A stretch of DNA of 64,000 nt from Streptosporangiaceae bacterium (GTDB lineage: Bacteria; Actinomycetota; Actinomycetes; Streptosporangiales; Streptosporangiaceae). Of this stretch, positions 14,218 to 23,605 are shown piece after piece. Where the stretch lies: the NCBI GenBank assembly GCA_035532295.1, contig DATKRH010000242.1, positions 2,295 through 66,294 on the forward strand, in the 5' to 3' direction. Both the position numbers and the translations under genes were made by a program. Under the pieces are notes generated by a model. That model worked only from the letters and a program-made list of their open reading frames with translations. It was not told the DNA's origin and made no database searches. The first letter of the stretch is position 1. Each line of letters begins with the position of its first letter.

Positions 14218-15897
14218 TTATCCGGGACCCGGGACAGACCGGGCAAGCACCTGCGCCAGGTCCACGCCAGCGGGCAGCGTGCCGAACGGGCCGCCGGGGC
14301 CGCCCAGGCCGGCGGCGGCCCCGGGATCGAGCCGGGAGGCGCAGAAGGCGTCCGCGACCGGCGCGGGCGCGAACCGGGCCAGCAGCGCGGCCTGCAGCAG
14401 CAGGGCCAGCAGTCCGGCTAGCCGGCGGGCGTGCAGGCCGGCCTCCGGGCCCGATGCTCCCGCCTCCTTGAGCTCGCGGCGCAGCCGCGCGGCGGCCCGG
14501 TCGAGCCGCTGGTCCGCGCCCGCCGCCTGCTCGATCTCGGCCAGGACGTAGTCAGCCGCCTGCGGGGTCCGGGCGAGGGCGCGGAGCACGTCCAGCGCGG
14601 TGACGTTGCCCGAGCCCTCCCAGACCGAGTTCAGCGGCGCCTCCCGGTACAGCCGCGGCAGCCCGGAGTCCTCGACGTAGCCGTTGCCGCCCAGGCACTC
14701 CAGGGCCTCGGCGGTCACCATCGGAGCCCGCTTGCAGATCCAGTACTTGGCCGCCGGCAGCGCCAGCCGCAGGAAGTCCGCCTCGGCGGCGTCGCCGCGA
14801 GCGGCCCGGTCCGCCGCGCCGGCCAGCCGCATGGCGAGCACCGCCGCGGCCTCCGACTCGAGGGTGAGATCGGCGATCACGCTGGCCATCAGGGGCTGAT
14901 CGATCAGCGCCGCGCCGAACGCCCGCCGCTGCGAGGCGTAGTGCGCCGCGGTCACGCAGGCCTGGCGGACCTGGGCGGCGCTGCCGAGCACGCAGTCCAG
15001 GCGGGTAGCGGTCACCATCTCGATGATCGTCGCGATGCCGCGGCCGGGCTCGCCGACCAGCCAGGCCAGCGCGCTGTCGTACTCGACCTCGGCCGAGGCG
15101 TTGGACCTGTTGCCCAGCTTGTCCTTGAGGCGCTGGATGCGCAGAGCGTTCCTGGTGCCGTCGGGCAGCACTCGTGGCAGCAGGAAGCAGCTGAGGCCCT
15201 CCGGGGCCTGTGCCAGTACCAGGAACAGGTCGCACATTGGCGCCGAGCAGAACCACTTGTGGCCGGTCAGCAGGTAGCTGCCGTCCCCGGACCCGGTTGG
15301 CGTCGCCCGCGTGGAGTTGGACCGGACGTCCGAGCCGCCCTGCTTCTCGGTCATGCCCATCCCGGCCAGCAGGCCTGCCTTGCCGTCGGGGATGTCCAGG
15401 CCGGGCTGGTAGTCGCGGGCGGCGAGCAGGCCCTCGTACCGGGCGGCCAGCGCCGGCTGATGGCGCAGCGGCGGGACGGCCGCGTAGGTCATGGAGACAG
15501 GGCAGCCGTGGCCCGCCTCGGCCTGGGTCCAGACATAGAACTTGGCGGCCCGCGCGACGTGCGCACCGGGCCGGGGATCACCCCAGGGGGCGGCGTGCAG
15601 GCCGTGCCGGACGGCCGTGGCCATCAGCTCGTGCCAGGCGGGATGGAAGTCGACTTCATCGATCCGGTACCCGAGCGCGTCATGGGTGCGCAGCACCGGC
15701 GGGTACACGTTGGCCAGCCGGGCCAGCTCCTGGGTGCTGGCCGCGCCGGCTTGCCGGCCCAGGTCGTGCAGCTCCCCGGTGACCCAGTCCGCGCCCTCGC
15801 GCGCCACGGCCGTCAGCAGCGCCGGATCGGCCGCTACGTCGTGCCCGGCTAGGGGCCCGACCTGGTTACTGACCTCATGGGTCGAATGCGGCGACAC
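14218..15897 (-). CDS. Acyl-CoA dehydrogenase family protein (AidB-like)
   Basis: GMTEKQGGSDVRSN motif and acyl-CoA dehydrogenase C-terminal helices (EALECLGGNGYVE). Confidence 0.85.
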   Translation of the reverse strand: MSPHSTHEVSNQVGPLAGHDVAADPALLTAVAREGADWVTGELHDLGRQAGAASTQELARLANVYPPVLRTHDALGYRIDEVDFHPAWHELMATAVRHGLHAAPWGDPRPGAHVARAAKFYVWTQAEAGHGCPVSMTYAAVPPLRHQPALAARYEGLLAARDYQPGLDIPDGKAGLLAGMGMTEKQGGSDVRSNSTRATPTGSGDGSYLLTGHKWFCSAPMCDLFLVLAQAPEGLSCFLLPRVLPDGTRNALRIQRLKDKLGNRSNASAEVEYDSALAWLVGEPGRGIATIIEMVTATRLDCVLGSAAQVRQACVTAAHYASQRRAFGAALIDQPLMASVIADLTLESEAAAVLAMRLAGAADRAARGDAAEADFLRLALPAAKYWICKRAPMVTAEALECLGGNGYVEDSGLPRLYREAPLNSVWEGSGNVTALDVLRALARTPQAADYVLAEIEQAAGADQRLDRAAARLRRELKEAGASGPEAGLHARRLAGLLALLLQAALLARFAPAPVADAFCASRLDPGAAAGLGGPGGPFGTLPAGVDLAQVLARSVPGPG

Positions 15898-15913
15898 CCT
15901 GCCCTCAGCGCCC

Positions 15914-16693
15914 TCAGCCGTGGATCCCGCACTCGGTCTTCCCGGTGCCCGCCCAGCGGCCGCTGCGCGGATCGGCGCCTTCCTCGACCCGGGCGGTGCA
16001 GGTGCGGCAGCCGATCGACGGGTAGCCCTCGTCGACCAGCGGGTTAACGAGCACGCCGTTGCTGGCGATGTAGTCGTCGACCTCCAACTGGGACCACTCC
16101 ACGATCGGGTTGACCTTCACCATCTCCCGCCGGGGGTCCCACTGGATCACGCGGGTGTCGCTGCGGGCGTCGGTCTCCTCGCGGCGCACCCCGGTGATCC
16201 AGGCGTCATAAGGCCCGAGCGCCTGCTCTAGGGGCACGACCTTGCGCAGGTAGCAGCACAGATCGGGGTTGCGGCTGTAGAGCCGGGGGCCGAGCTCGGC
16301 GTCCTGCTCGGCCACCGTCGTGGGCGGCGTGACGTTGATGAGGTTGACCGGATAGACGGCCGAGACCGCGTCCCGGGTGCCGATGGTCTCCGGGAAGTGG
16401 TAGCCGGTGTCCAGGAACAGCACGTCGATATCGGGCACCTGCTGCGCGGCCAGGTGAATGATCACCGCGTCGGTCATGGAGGACGTGATGCACAGCCGCC
16501 GCCCGAACGCCTGCGCTGCCCACGCGATGACCTCCTGAGCGGGCGCCCCGGCCAGGTCACTGGCGGCCGCGTCGGCTAGCCGCTCCATCTCGGTGGGCGC
16601 GGCGGCAGCGGGTCCCGTGGTTGAGGGAACCGCGGGCTGCGTGGCGGGCGGGGGGAGCCCCAGCCACGTCTGGCGTGGTTCGGCGGCGTTCAC
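15914..16693 (-). CDS. cysH: Phosphoadenosine/adenosine 5'-phosphosulfate reductase
   Basis: PAPS-reductase fold. Terminal KTECGIHG motif. A CC pair (DLCCYLRK) plus CRTC, as in Fe-S type APS reductases. Confidence 0.9.
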   Translation of the reverse strand: MNAAEPRQTWLGLPPPATQPAVPSTTGPAAAAPTEMERLADAAASDLAGAPAQEVIAWAAQAFGRRLCITSSMTDAVIIHLAAQQVPDIDVLFLDTGYHFPETIGTRDAVSAVYPVNLINVTPPTTVAEQDAELGPRLYSRNPDLCCYLRKVVPLEQALGPYDAWITGVRREETDARSDTRVIQWDPRREMVKVNPIVEWSQLEVDDYIASNGVLVNPLVDEGYPSIGCRTCTARVEEGADPRSGRWAGTGKTECGIHG

Positions 16694-16830
16694 GCGGTCA
16701 CCCCAGACTCAACTAGGCGGACAAATGGACCGAAACAGCTGGAACCGTCGACGCTGGAGCGAAAGCCACGAACTGAACCTCCCGGCCGCGTTGCCCTAAT
16801 CTTCGCTGCCCAACGATCATCTGACCGAGC

Positions 16831-16944
16831 CTATTCCTGCGACAGGTGCCTTCGCTGGTACCGCGGTGGCTGATGCTGGCAGTCGCACCAGCTGCCACCA
16901 GGACACTCGTCGTGGAGTTGCGCCCGGCACGCCTTGCACACCAT
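16831..16944 (-). CDS. Candidate 37-aa Cys-rich small protein upstream of cysH
   Basis: ATG 16944-16942 to TAG 16833-16831 gives MVCKACRAQLHDECPGGSWCDCQHQPPRYQRRHLSQE, which has five Cys. Too short for the ORF track. Same strand as cysH, 137 nt upstream. Confidence 0.4.
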   Translation of the reverse strand: MVCKACRAQLHDECPGGSWCDCQHQPPRYQRRHLSQE

Positions 16945-17088
16945 CTTCCCATTATCGCGCCCGCCTATCCTGACTCTCCAGTCAGGGCCTGCCGGGCGCG
17001 GGAGGCGCGGGAACCCTGGGAAGCGCCAGAGCCGGCCCGCTTCGCCCGAAGGCGAGCGAGCCGACTCTGGATCTGGCTAGTGGCCTGG

Positions 17089-17388
17089 TCAGGCCGCGTT
17101 GGCGCGGCGCATCCGGCGACGACGCTCGGAGGACCGCTCGTCCTCATTGAGACCGCCCCAGGTGCCGTACTTCTCCGGCCGGCTCAGCGCGTAGCCCAGA
17201 CACTCAGACCGCACCGGGCAGGAGGCGCAGATGGCCTTGGCCTGCCGCTCGCGGACTTCCCGTTCTGGCTGACGCTCGCCGTCCGGGCCGAAAAACAGCA
17301 CGACATCACGACCGCGGCACGCGGCGTCATCCTGCCAGCCCCAGTTCGGCCGTTGCATCAGGGCGGCCTGACGACGTACCTCAGACAT
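17089..17388 (-). CDS. WhiB-family (Wbl) Fe-S transcription factor
   Basis: Four-Cys Wbl pattern (AACRG...CASCPVRSECL), GTWGGL turn and basic C-terminal tail. Confidence 0.9.
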   Translation of the reverse strand: MSEVRRQAALMQRPNWGWQDDAACRGRDVVLFFGPDGERQPEREVRERQAKAICASCPVRSECLGYALSRPEKYGTWGGLNEDERSSERRRRMRRANAA

Positions 17389-17698
17389 GATTTACTCTCC
17401 TCATCAACCAGTTCGCCGTTACATTCCTGCCAAGCGGAGCGTCGGGCGCCCTGGACGCATAGTTTCTCGCGCGATGCGGCATTCGCCCCGTCGCATGACA
17501 CAACGCATGGCAAAGCCGTGGTGTTCCCTGCGTGGATCGCGGCGGGCTGGCGTGCTCATGACCGCCGCGTCAAGCCCTGACCGCGACTCAATGATGCCAC
17601 CCGGCACGGGCACCGCGCAGGCGAGATGGCGAATTTGCCCAGTCGCTCATCGGGGTATGAGTCACGGCAAGTGACCCTTAACTGGACAAGTCCGATGG

Positions 17699-18628
17699 TT
17701 GCGGGTCACCATAGGCACCATGTCGTCGTTCGACGCAGCCCCTCTGCCTCGTCTGGGTGAGGTCTTTTTCGACGTCAGGGGCAGCTCCCGGAGCATGAGG
17801 CTGAGCTGGTACAGCGATACCGGCGTGGCGGTCTTCAGCATCTGGCAGGGTGGCCGGTGCACCGGAACCTTTCGGCTGCCGGTGGATGATCTGGCGCGAA
17901 TGGTGGCGATGCTGCGTCGCGGCCCGGACGGCGGCCATCTCGACCGCGACCAGCCCGAGGCACCGGATCGCCTAGGACGCGCGGGACGCGCGCCGGACGA
18001 CGCGGCCACCGGTTACCTGGCCGGCCCGGCCGGCCCGGTCGGCCCGGCCTCCGGCAGCTACGAGACGGACTTCCCGACCGATTACCCGCCGGCGGAGCCG
18101 CCGCGGCCGCCATCGCGCGGCACCGGCGCGCCTGACATCCATCCCGACGATCCGCTCGGGATGGGTTATCAGGGCGGCACGAGCCATCCGCAGCCCGGCG
18201 GCTACCCGGAGCCCGGCGGTTATCGAGAGCCAGATGATTATGCGGAGCGCGACGCTTATCCCGAGCCCGGCAGGCGCCGGCGCCACGAGAGTTATCCAGG
18301 GCCCGGCACCCCATATGAGCCGGCCGACGCGGGCCGCACCGATCCCGGCGCGGTGGTGGCTGACCCCCCAGACTATCGGCTGGGTCATGGCCCGGATTAT
18401 CGGCGCGCTGATACGCGGGACTATCTGACGCGCGATGACGGGGACTATCCGCCCGGCGGAATCGCCGCGCCAGCGGTCGACGACCCCTCTGCCGATAGGT
18501 ACCGATCGCGGCGCGGATCGGATTCCGCCGCGCATTCATACCCGCGCGGATGGCCGGACGACCTGCCGGATACCGACGGCGCGGCGTACCGGCCCGCACC
18601 GCGGGGGCCGCGCGGGGATCCCCGCTGA
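17699..18628 (+). CDS. Hypothetical protein: compact N-terminal domain plus Pro/Tyr/Asp/Gly-rich tail
   Basis: Long ORF with an ordered N-terminus (LGEVFFDVRGSSRSMRLSWYSDTGVAVFSIWQGGRCTGTFRLPVDDLARMV). The tail is low-complexity with reiterated YPEPG/DYP motifs. Alternative start at 17720. Confidence 0.6.
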   Translation: MRVTIGTMSSFDAAPLPRLGEVFFDVRGSSRSMRLSWYSDTGVAVFSIWQGGRCTGTFRLPVDDLARMVAMLRRGPDGGHLDRDQPEAPDRLGRAGRAPDDAATGYLAGPAGPVGPASGSYETDFPTDYPPAEPPRPPSRGTGAPDIHPDDPLGMGYQGGTSHPQPGGYPEPGGYREPDDYAERDAYPEPGRRRRHESYPGPGTPYEPADAGRTDPGAVVADPPDYRLGHGPDYRRADTRDYLTRDDGDYPPGGIAAPAVDDPSADRYRSRRGSDSAAHSYPRGWPDDLPDTDGAAYRPAPRGPRGDPR

Positions 18629-18922
18629 GCGACGCGGCCGAGGAGACCGAACCGGCGTAGGATTGCTGGTCAGTGGCAGGCGCCGACGACCGGGCTCGGC
18701 GATGATGACCCGGCTCCCGGCTCGCGTCACCGCTGGGACGAGCCGCCCGCACGCTCGCTGAGCTGATTGGGCCGTCGCAACCGAGCCCGGCGCCGGGCTC
18801 GGCGGCCTTAGCCGGCGCCTCCGGCCCCCCCCGAAAGGTACGGCCAGAATGTTGCTTCAGTGCCGTTTACCGTACTGCGGCTGCTGGGGATACATTTACG
18901 GCGGGGGGAGGGGGATACAGAA

Positions 18923-19258
18923 GTGGCACAGAAGGTCTCAGTCACATTCGCTTGCGACTACGACTCTAAAGAGATTCCGGACGGCGAGCAGCTCACGCGG
19001 GCGTTCAGCCTCGATGGCCGGGACTACGAGATTGACCTATGCGAGAAGCACAGCCAGAAGTTCGACGAGGCGCTGGCGCGGTTCGCCGAGAAGGCCCGCA
19101 GGGTCACCGGCCGGGTCAGCCGACCCAAGCGCCGGACTGCGGCGCACCGCCAGCGCAGTGCTGATATCCGCGCATGGGCCAAGCGCAGCGGGATCGAGGT
19201 GAGCGATCGCGGCCGGATTCCGGCCCAGGTCATCGCCAAGTACGAGGCGAGTCACTAG
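18923..19258 (+). CDS. lsr2: Nucleoid-associated protein Lsr2
   Basis: VAQKVSVTF...DGRDYEIDLCEKH dimerisation domain. C-terminal AT-hook-like DNA-binding domain (IRAWAKRSGIEVSDRGRIPAQVIAKYE). GTG at 18923 fits better than the ORF-track start at 18860. Confidence 0.85.
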   Translation: MAQKVSVTFACDYDSKEIPDGEQLTRAFSLDGRDYEIDLCEKHSQKFDEALARFAEKARRVTGRVSRPKRRTAAHRQRSADIRAWAKRSGIEVSDRGRIPAQVIAKYEASH

Positions 19259-19265
19259 CCCAGGT

Positions 19266-19341
19266 ACGCCGTCGCGCTGGTGCGCGGCCCGGTGGCCGGC
19301 CTGTGCCGGCGCCAGGGTCCGCGCTGCCAGCGCGACGGCGT
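19266..19341. terminator. Long GC-rich hairpin between convergent lsr2 and mscS (candidate bidirectional terminator)
   Basis: Perfect 15-bp arms: acgccgtcgcgctgg (19266-19280) and ccagcgcgacggcgt (19327-19341). Further imperfect pairing occurs inside the loop. There is no U-tract. Confidence 0.4.
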
Positions 19342-19353
19342 TAGCGCCGGCGG

Positions 19354-20040
19354 CTAACGGGGATCAGCGGGCAGAGCCGGCTCGGCCGGCGGCTCCGGCA
19401 TGGGCGGGATCGGCCCGACGACGGCCGCGAGGGCCTGGGAGTTGGGCACGAAGACCAGGCCGTCCGACGTCTCCAGGCGGACATAGGTGATGCTGATATC
19501 GACGACGGTGCCGTCGAGCACGCCGCCGAGCGCGCCCGCGCGGAGCCGCACCGCGTCTCCGACCCGGAAGGGCCGCGCGAACAGCAGCACCATGCCCGCG
19601 AAGAGGTTGGCGAGGGACTGCTGGGCGGCGATGCCGAGCAGCACGCCGGTGACGGCTCCGCCGAGCACGAGGTTCCCCGCCGGCGCGTCGGCCAGCTTGA
19701 AGGCGATCAGCAGCGAGGTGAAGATGCCCACCAGCACTAGCGCGTACCGGGTCACGCCGGCGTGAGCCGCCCCGATGACCGGCCGCAGCAGATTCCTGGC
19801 CTGGCCGGACAGGCCGAAGGACGCGGCGATCCCGAAGACGAGGAACGCGGCCGAGCCACCGTAGATCAGCGCATTCTTCGTGGCCGAGTCCAGGTAGCTG
19901 GCATGCCGGCCGAACTCGACGGCAGCCACGCAGCACAGGGCCAGGACCAGGGCGATGATGGACCGCCACGGCCTGGTCCTGGCCTTCACCTTGGCTACCT
20001 GCCCGGCCATGTCAAGCTGGCGGCGTTCGTGTAGGTCCAC
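19354..20040 (-). CDS. Small-conductance mechanosensitive channel (MscS family)
   Basis: Three N-terminal TM segments followed by an MscS beta-domain motif (FRVGDAVRL...GTVVDISITYVRLETSDGLVFVPNS). Confidence 0.8.
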   Translation of the reverse strand: MDLHERRQLDMAGQVAKVKARTRPWRSIIALVLALCCVAAVEFGRHASYLDSATKNALIYGGSAAFLVFGIAASFGLSGQARNLLRPVIGAAHAGVTRYALVLVGIFTSLLIAFKLADAPAGNLVLGGAVTGVLLGIAAQQSLANLFAGMVLLFARPFRVGDAVRLRAGALGGVLDGTVVDISITYVRLETSDGLVFVPNSQALAAVVGPIPPMPEPPAEPALPADPR

Positions 20041-20159
20041 ATTCCTACGCTATCGGCCCCAGACACGCGCGAGCCCGGCGGCGCAGACGGCCGCCAGGCT
20101 CACGCGATGACCTTCCGGCTGGGTGTTCTGTGGACGGTTCTGGCTGAAACGGTACCGGT

Positions 20160-20789
20160 TTAGACGGTTCTGCTGAGGTTCAGCAGGGGCCGGCCGACCG
20201 GCGCTACGGCCCGGCCCGACATCCCGTTAAGGACGCCCGCGGCCGAGGTGTACCAGGCGACCAGCGCGGTGAGGACGCCGAGGTAGCCACCGACCTTGGT
20301 CATGCTGGCGCTGCCCGCGAAACCTCCGATGAACAGGAATATCTCGGTTAGCTCCAGTGTCAGGAAGACCCCGAACACGGCCGCGTTGACCTGCGTGCTG
20401 GCGATCAGCATGTAGGTGTTGAAGATGGCGAAGGACAGCAGGATCCAGCCGAGGTCCTTGTCCGCCGCCGTCCCGATGGCGTGCGGCGCGACCAGCAGCG
20501 CCCACAGGCCCAGGCCGATCCAGAACCCGCCATACGTCGAGAAGGCGGTGGCGCCGAACACGTTCCCGTTGCGGAATTCCCACATGCCGGCGAGCAACTG
20601 AATGAAGCCGCCGTAGGCAAAGGCATAGCCGAGCCAGTCGCTTCCGGTGGAATTCTTCGCCCAGCCCGCGTTGACCGCCGACAGCAGGAACGTGGTCAGC
20701 GCGAAGGCGGCTAGCCCGAGCGGCGCCGGATCGGCGATTCCGGTGACCGCCCGCGCGACCGGAGCTGGAGCATCATCGGTGGTGCTCAA
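20160..20789 (-). CDS. satP: Acetate/succinate uptake transporter (GPR1/FUN34/YaaH family)
   Basis: ADPAPLGLAAFALTTF signature, AYGGFIQLLAGMWEF and six hydrophobic segments. TTG start with AGGAGG upstream. Confidence 0.88.
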   Translation of the reverse strand: MSTTDDAPAPVARAVTGIADPAPLGLAAFALTTFLLSAVNAGWAKNSTGSDWLGYAFAYGGFIQLLAGMWEFRNGNVFGATAFSTYGGFWIGLGLWALLVAPHAIGTAADKDLGWILLSFAIFNTYMLIASTQVNAAVFGVFLTLELTEIFLFIGGFAGSASMTKVGGYLGVLTALVAWYTSAAGVLNGMSGRAVAPVGRPLLNLSRTV

Positions 20790-21129
20790 TGGCTTTCCTC
20801 CTGAGTGGAAGGCCGCCGCGGCCGCGAGCCGAGATGGCCGCAGCTCGGGCAGGCGCTCGGATAGGCAGGACGGCGTGATGACCAGACCAGGGCGACGGGC
20901 CGGCCAGGCAAGATATGCCCTGCTGCCGGAAACGAGCAGTCCGTGGCTCGGAGTACGAAAACGGCCATTCGTAGCCTTCCCGTGTCTTCATACCGGGCTC
21001 CCTAGAACCAGGCAGAAGATCTTGCCATGAGCGTAACTCTGACGGCCTTCGTTTGGGGAGACCCAGGTTCCAGCCTTTGCCGACTTTCCGGTTTCCGGGT
21101 GGGGCTCAGCAGTAGTTTCGAAAACCGGG

Positions 21130-22803
21130 CTAGCCGGGTTCCGGGCGGTCGAGCACCGAGTCCGCCCGCCCGAGCACGGTGGACAGGCCCGCCCGGGTCG
21201 CCAGGACGAAGACGCGGTCCCGTGCCGCCAGCCGGTAGTCCTGCCGGGGGGACCAGTCCAGCTCGGCGGCACCTGACCGGCGCAGGGCGATGACCCGCAC
21301 CGCACTGCGGTCGTGGATGTCCCCGATCGGCGCGCCGGTCAGCTCCGCGCCGCCGCGGACGGGCACGTCGGCGATCACCAGCACGTGCCGGCCGACGGCG
21401 ATGGTGCGCAGCACCTGGTGGTCGAGCATCGCCGCCGCGAACACCGGGGCGGCCAGGTAGGAGACCGACCGGGAGATGGTGTTGCTGATCGTCTGCTGGA
21501 CGCGGAGCGCGAGGTCGTCGTCGTAGAGCCGGACGACGACTCGCGGGTGCTCCGCCAGCGCGCGGGCGTGCAGGGCCGTCTCCAGGTTAACGATGTCGCT
21601 GTCGGTGACGGACACCAGGGCCTGGCAGCTGTCGATGCCGGCCGTCCGCAGCGTCTCCTCGCGGTGCGTCTCGCCGATGACCACCTTGAGGCCCAGCCGG
21701 CGGGCCATCGCCAGCCCGGACGCGGTCTCGCTCTTGTCCACGCAGACCACGTCGACACCGAGGTCATGGAGCTGGCCGACGATCCGGGTCCCCACGTTGC
21801 CGAGGCCGGCGACGATGACATGGTCGCTGATGGGCCGCTCGGCGCCGGCCACGGAGCCGGTGAGGCGAGCGCCCACGACCGCCGCGGTGAGCAGGGGCAG
21901 GAAGGCCAGCCCGTCGAAGGTCAGCAGGAACTGGGCCACCTTCTCCGGGGCCGGCAGCTGCGGGCTGGTCACGGCGGTCCCCGCCGCGTCCAGGAGCGTG
22001 AGGTACAGGGCGTCGCTCGCCGAGAAGTGGCTGGCGGTCGTCAGCAGGATGAAGCCGATGACCAGGACGCCGATCAGCGCGGCGAAGGCCGCTCCGATCC
22101 GGTGGCCGAACAGGGATCGCCCTAGCCGCAGGGCGGCGCTCAGCGGGTGGCGTCGCTGGCGCTCCAGCGGGTTGCGGGGCGTGCCGTCGGCGATCGCCAG
22201 CACCAGGCCGGTGGTCGCCTCCTGCGCCGGCCGCAGGTCCGGCTCGCTGGACTCGGCGCCGGAGGCCAGCCCGCAGACGATGTGCCCCGCGCGGACTTCC
22301 TCGCGTCGCGCCACGTAGAGCGTGCGGCCCGACAGCCGGACATGGCTGGGCGCGGGCTCGCCGAGGGCCGCGGCCACGAAGGCGGGCGCGGACATGGCTG
22401 ACTCCGACAGGACGGCGCAGTCGGCGAAGAACGTCCGGATCCGCTCCCCGAGGCCCGTATTGAAGATGGCGATGACGAGCCGCAGGCCCGGGTTAATCTC
22501 CTGAGCGCGCAGCGCCGCATGGAAGTTGCCGAGATCGTCCTGGTCCAGCAGCGCCAGGCCGCGCGCGGTGCCCAGGTCGGCCTCCAGGAATGCCTGCCGG
22601 TCGGCCTCCGCCCGCTCGATGATCCGGACGCCGGGCAGGGCGGCGAGTTGCGGCCCGTGGCTGCGGCTGGCCGACGGCAGGATGACCGTGACCCGCTCGG
22701 CGTACCTGACGGTCAGTTCCTCCACCATCCGGAACGCCAGGGCGTCGCCGCCGCACACGACGAGGTGATCGCGCCGGGCGCGCGGGCGCAGGGTAGGAGG
22801 CAT
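21130..22803 (-). CDS. Potassium channel / TrkA-N (RCK) domain protein
   Basis: Two Rossmann-type RCK starts (HLVVCGGDALAF and HVIVAGLGNVGTRI) flank a membrane segment. Confidence 0.8.
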   Translation of the reverse strand: MPPTLRPRARRDHLVVCGGDALAFRMVEELTVRYAERVTVILPSASRSHGPQLAALPGVRIIERAEADRQAFLEADLGTARGLALLDQDDLGNFHAALRAQEINPGLRLVIAIFNTGLGERIRTFFADCAVLSESAMSAPAFVAAALGEPAPSHVRLSGRTLYVARREEVRAGHIVCGLASGAESSEPDLRPAQEATTGLVLAIADGTPRNPLERQRRHPLSAALRLGRSLFGHRIGAAFAALIGVLVIGFILLTTASHFSASDALYLTLLDAAGTAVTSPQLPAPEKVAQFLLTFDGLAFLPLLTAAVVGARLTGSVAGAERPISDHVIVAGLGNVGTRIVGQLHDLGVDVVCVDKSETASGLAMARRLGLKVVIGETHREETLRTAGIDSCQALVSVTDSDIVNLETALHARALAEHPRVVVRLYDDDLALRVQQTISNTISRSVSYLAAPVFAAAMLDHQVLRTIAVGRHVLVIADVPVRGGAELTGAPIGDIHDRSAVRVIALRRSGAAELDWSPRQDYRLAARDRVFVLATRAGLSTVLGRADSVLDRPEPG

Positions 22804-22818
22804 GGCGCGATCTGCGCG

Positions 22819-23586
22819 TCAGGGTGACGCGATGCGGCCGAGCTGTGCAGGCACCTCGGCCGCCGCCGCCCGGTCGAGCAGCAGCAGCGTCTGCTGGCGG
22901 CCTCGGGCGCCGGCGGCGGGTACCTGGACGGGCCCGGCGCCCGACAGCGCGAGCCGCACCGCGGGCGCCTTGTCGGCGCCCGATGCGATGATCCAGACAT
23001 CACGGGCCGCCAGGATGGCGGGCCGGGTCAGGGTCAGCCGGGTCGGCGGCGGCTTGGGGGCGCCGTGGACGGCCACCACGGTGCGTTCTTGCTCATAGTT
23101 GGCCGGCAGGCCGGGGAACAGCGACGCGACGTGCGCGTCCGGCCCGATGCCGAGCAGCAGCACGTCAAACGACGGCACGTCGCCATGGTCCTCGGGCCGC
23201 GCGGCGGCGCGCAGCCAGTCGGCGTACCGGTCGGCGGCGGCCTCCGGGTTGTCGCCGTCGGGCCCGTCGGAGGCGGGCATCGGGTGCACCCGGTCGGGGC
23301 TGATGTCGATGTGGTCCAGCAGCGCGGCGCGGGCGCCGGTCTCGTTCCGCTCCGGGTGGCCCGACGGCAGGAACCGCTCGTCACCCCACCAGATGTCGAC
23401 GCGGCGCCAGTCGATGGCGTCCCGGGCCGGAGCGGCTGCCAGTTCGGCTAGCACCCGGGTGCCGATGCCGCCGCCGGTGAGGACCAGCGAGGCGGAGGCG
23501 CCCGCCGCGCAGGCGTCCACCAGGCGGGTCACCAGCCGGGCGGCGACGGCCTGCGCCAGCAGTTCGGCGTCGCGGTGCACGAGCAC
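22819..23586 (-). CDS. pgl: 6-phosphogluconolactonase
   Basis: LVLTGGGIG and WWGDERFLP motifs. Conserved position downstream of opcA. Confidence 0.88.
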   Translation of the reverse strand: MLVHRDAELLAQAVAARLVTRLVDACAAGASASLVLTGGGIGTRVLAELAAAPARDAIDWRRVDIWWGDERFLPSGHPERNETGARAALLDHIDISPDRVHPMPASDGPDGDNPEAAADRYADWLRAAARPEDHGDVPSFDVLLLGIGPDAHVASLFPGLPANYEQERTVVAVHGAPKPPPTRLTLTRPAILAARDVWIIASGADKAPAVRLALSGAGPVQVPAAGARGRQQTLLLLDRAAAAEVPAQLGRIASP

Positions 23587-23605
23587 CTGAGGCGCGCTGA
23601 TGGCG

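Noticed and set aside
16846-17580. 244-aa plus-strand ORF over the whiB-like gene
   Set aside because: It is antisense to a textbook Wbl protein and has no motifs.
20790-21129. 340-nt untranslated spacer upstream of satP; I checked it for a riboswitch or small RNA
   Set aside because: I could not recognise any known riboswitch core or convincing conserved structure by eye. Covariance-model scanning would be needed before making any claim.
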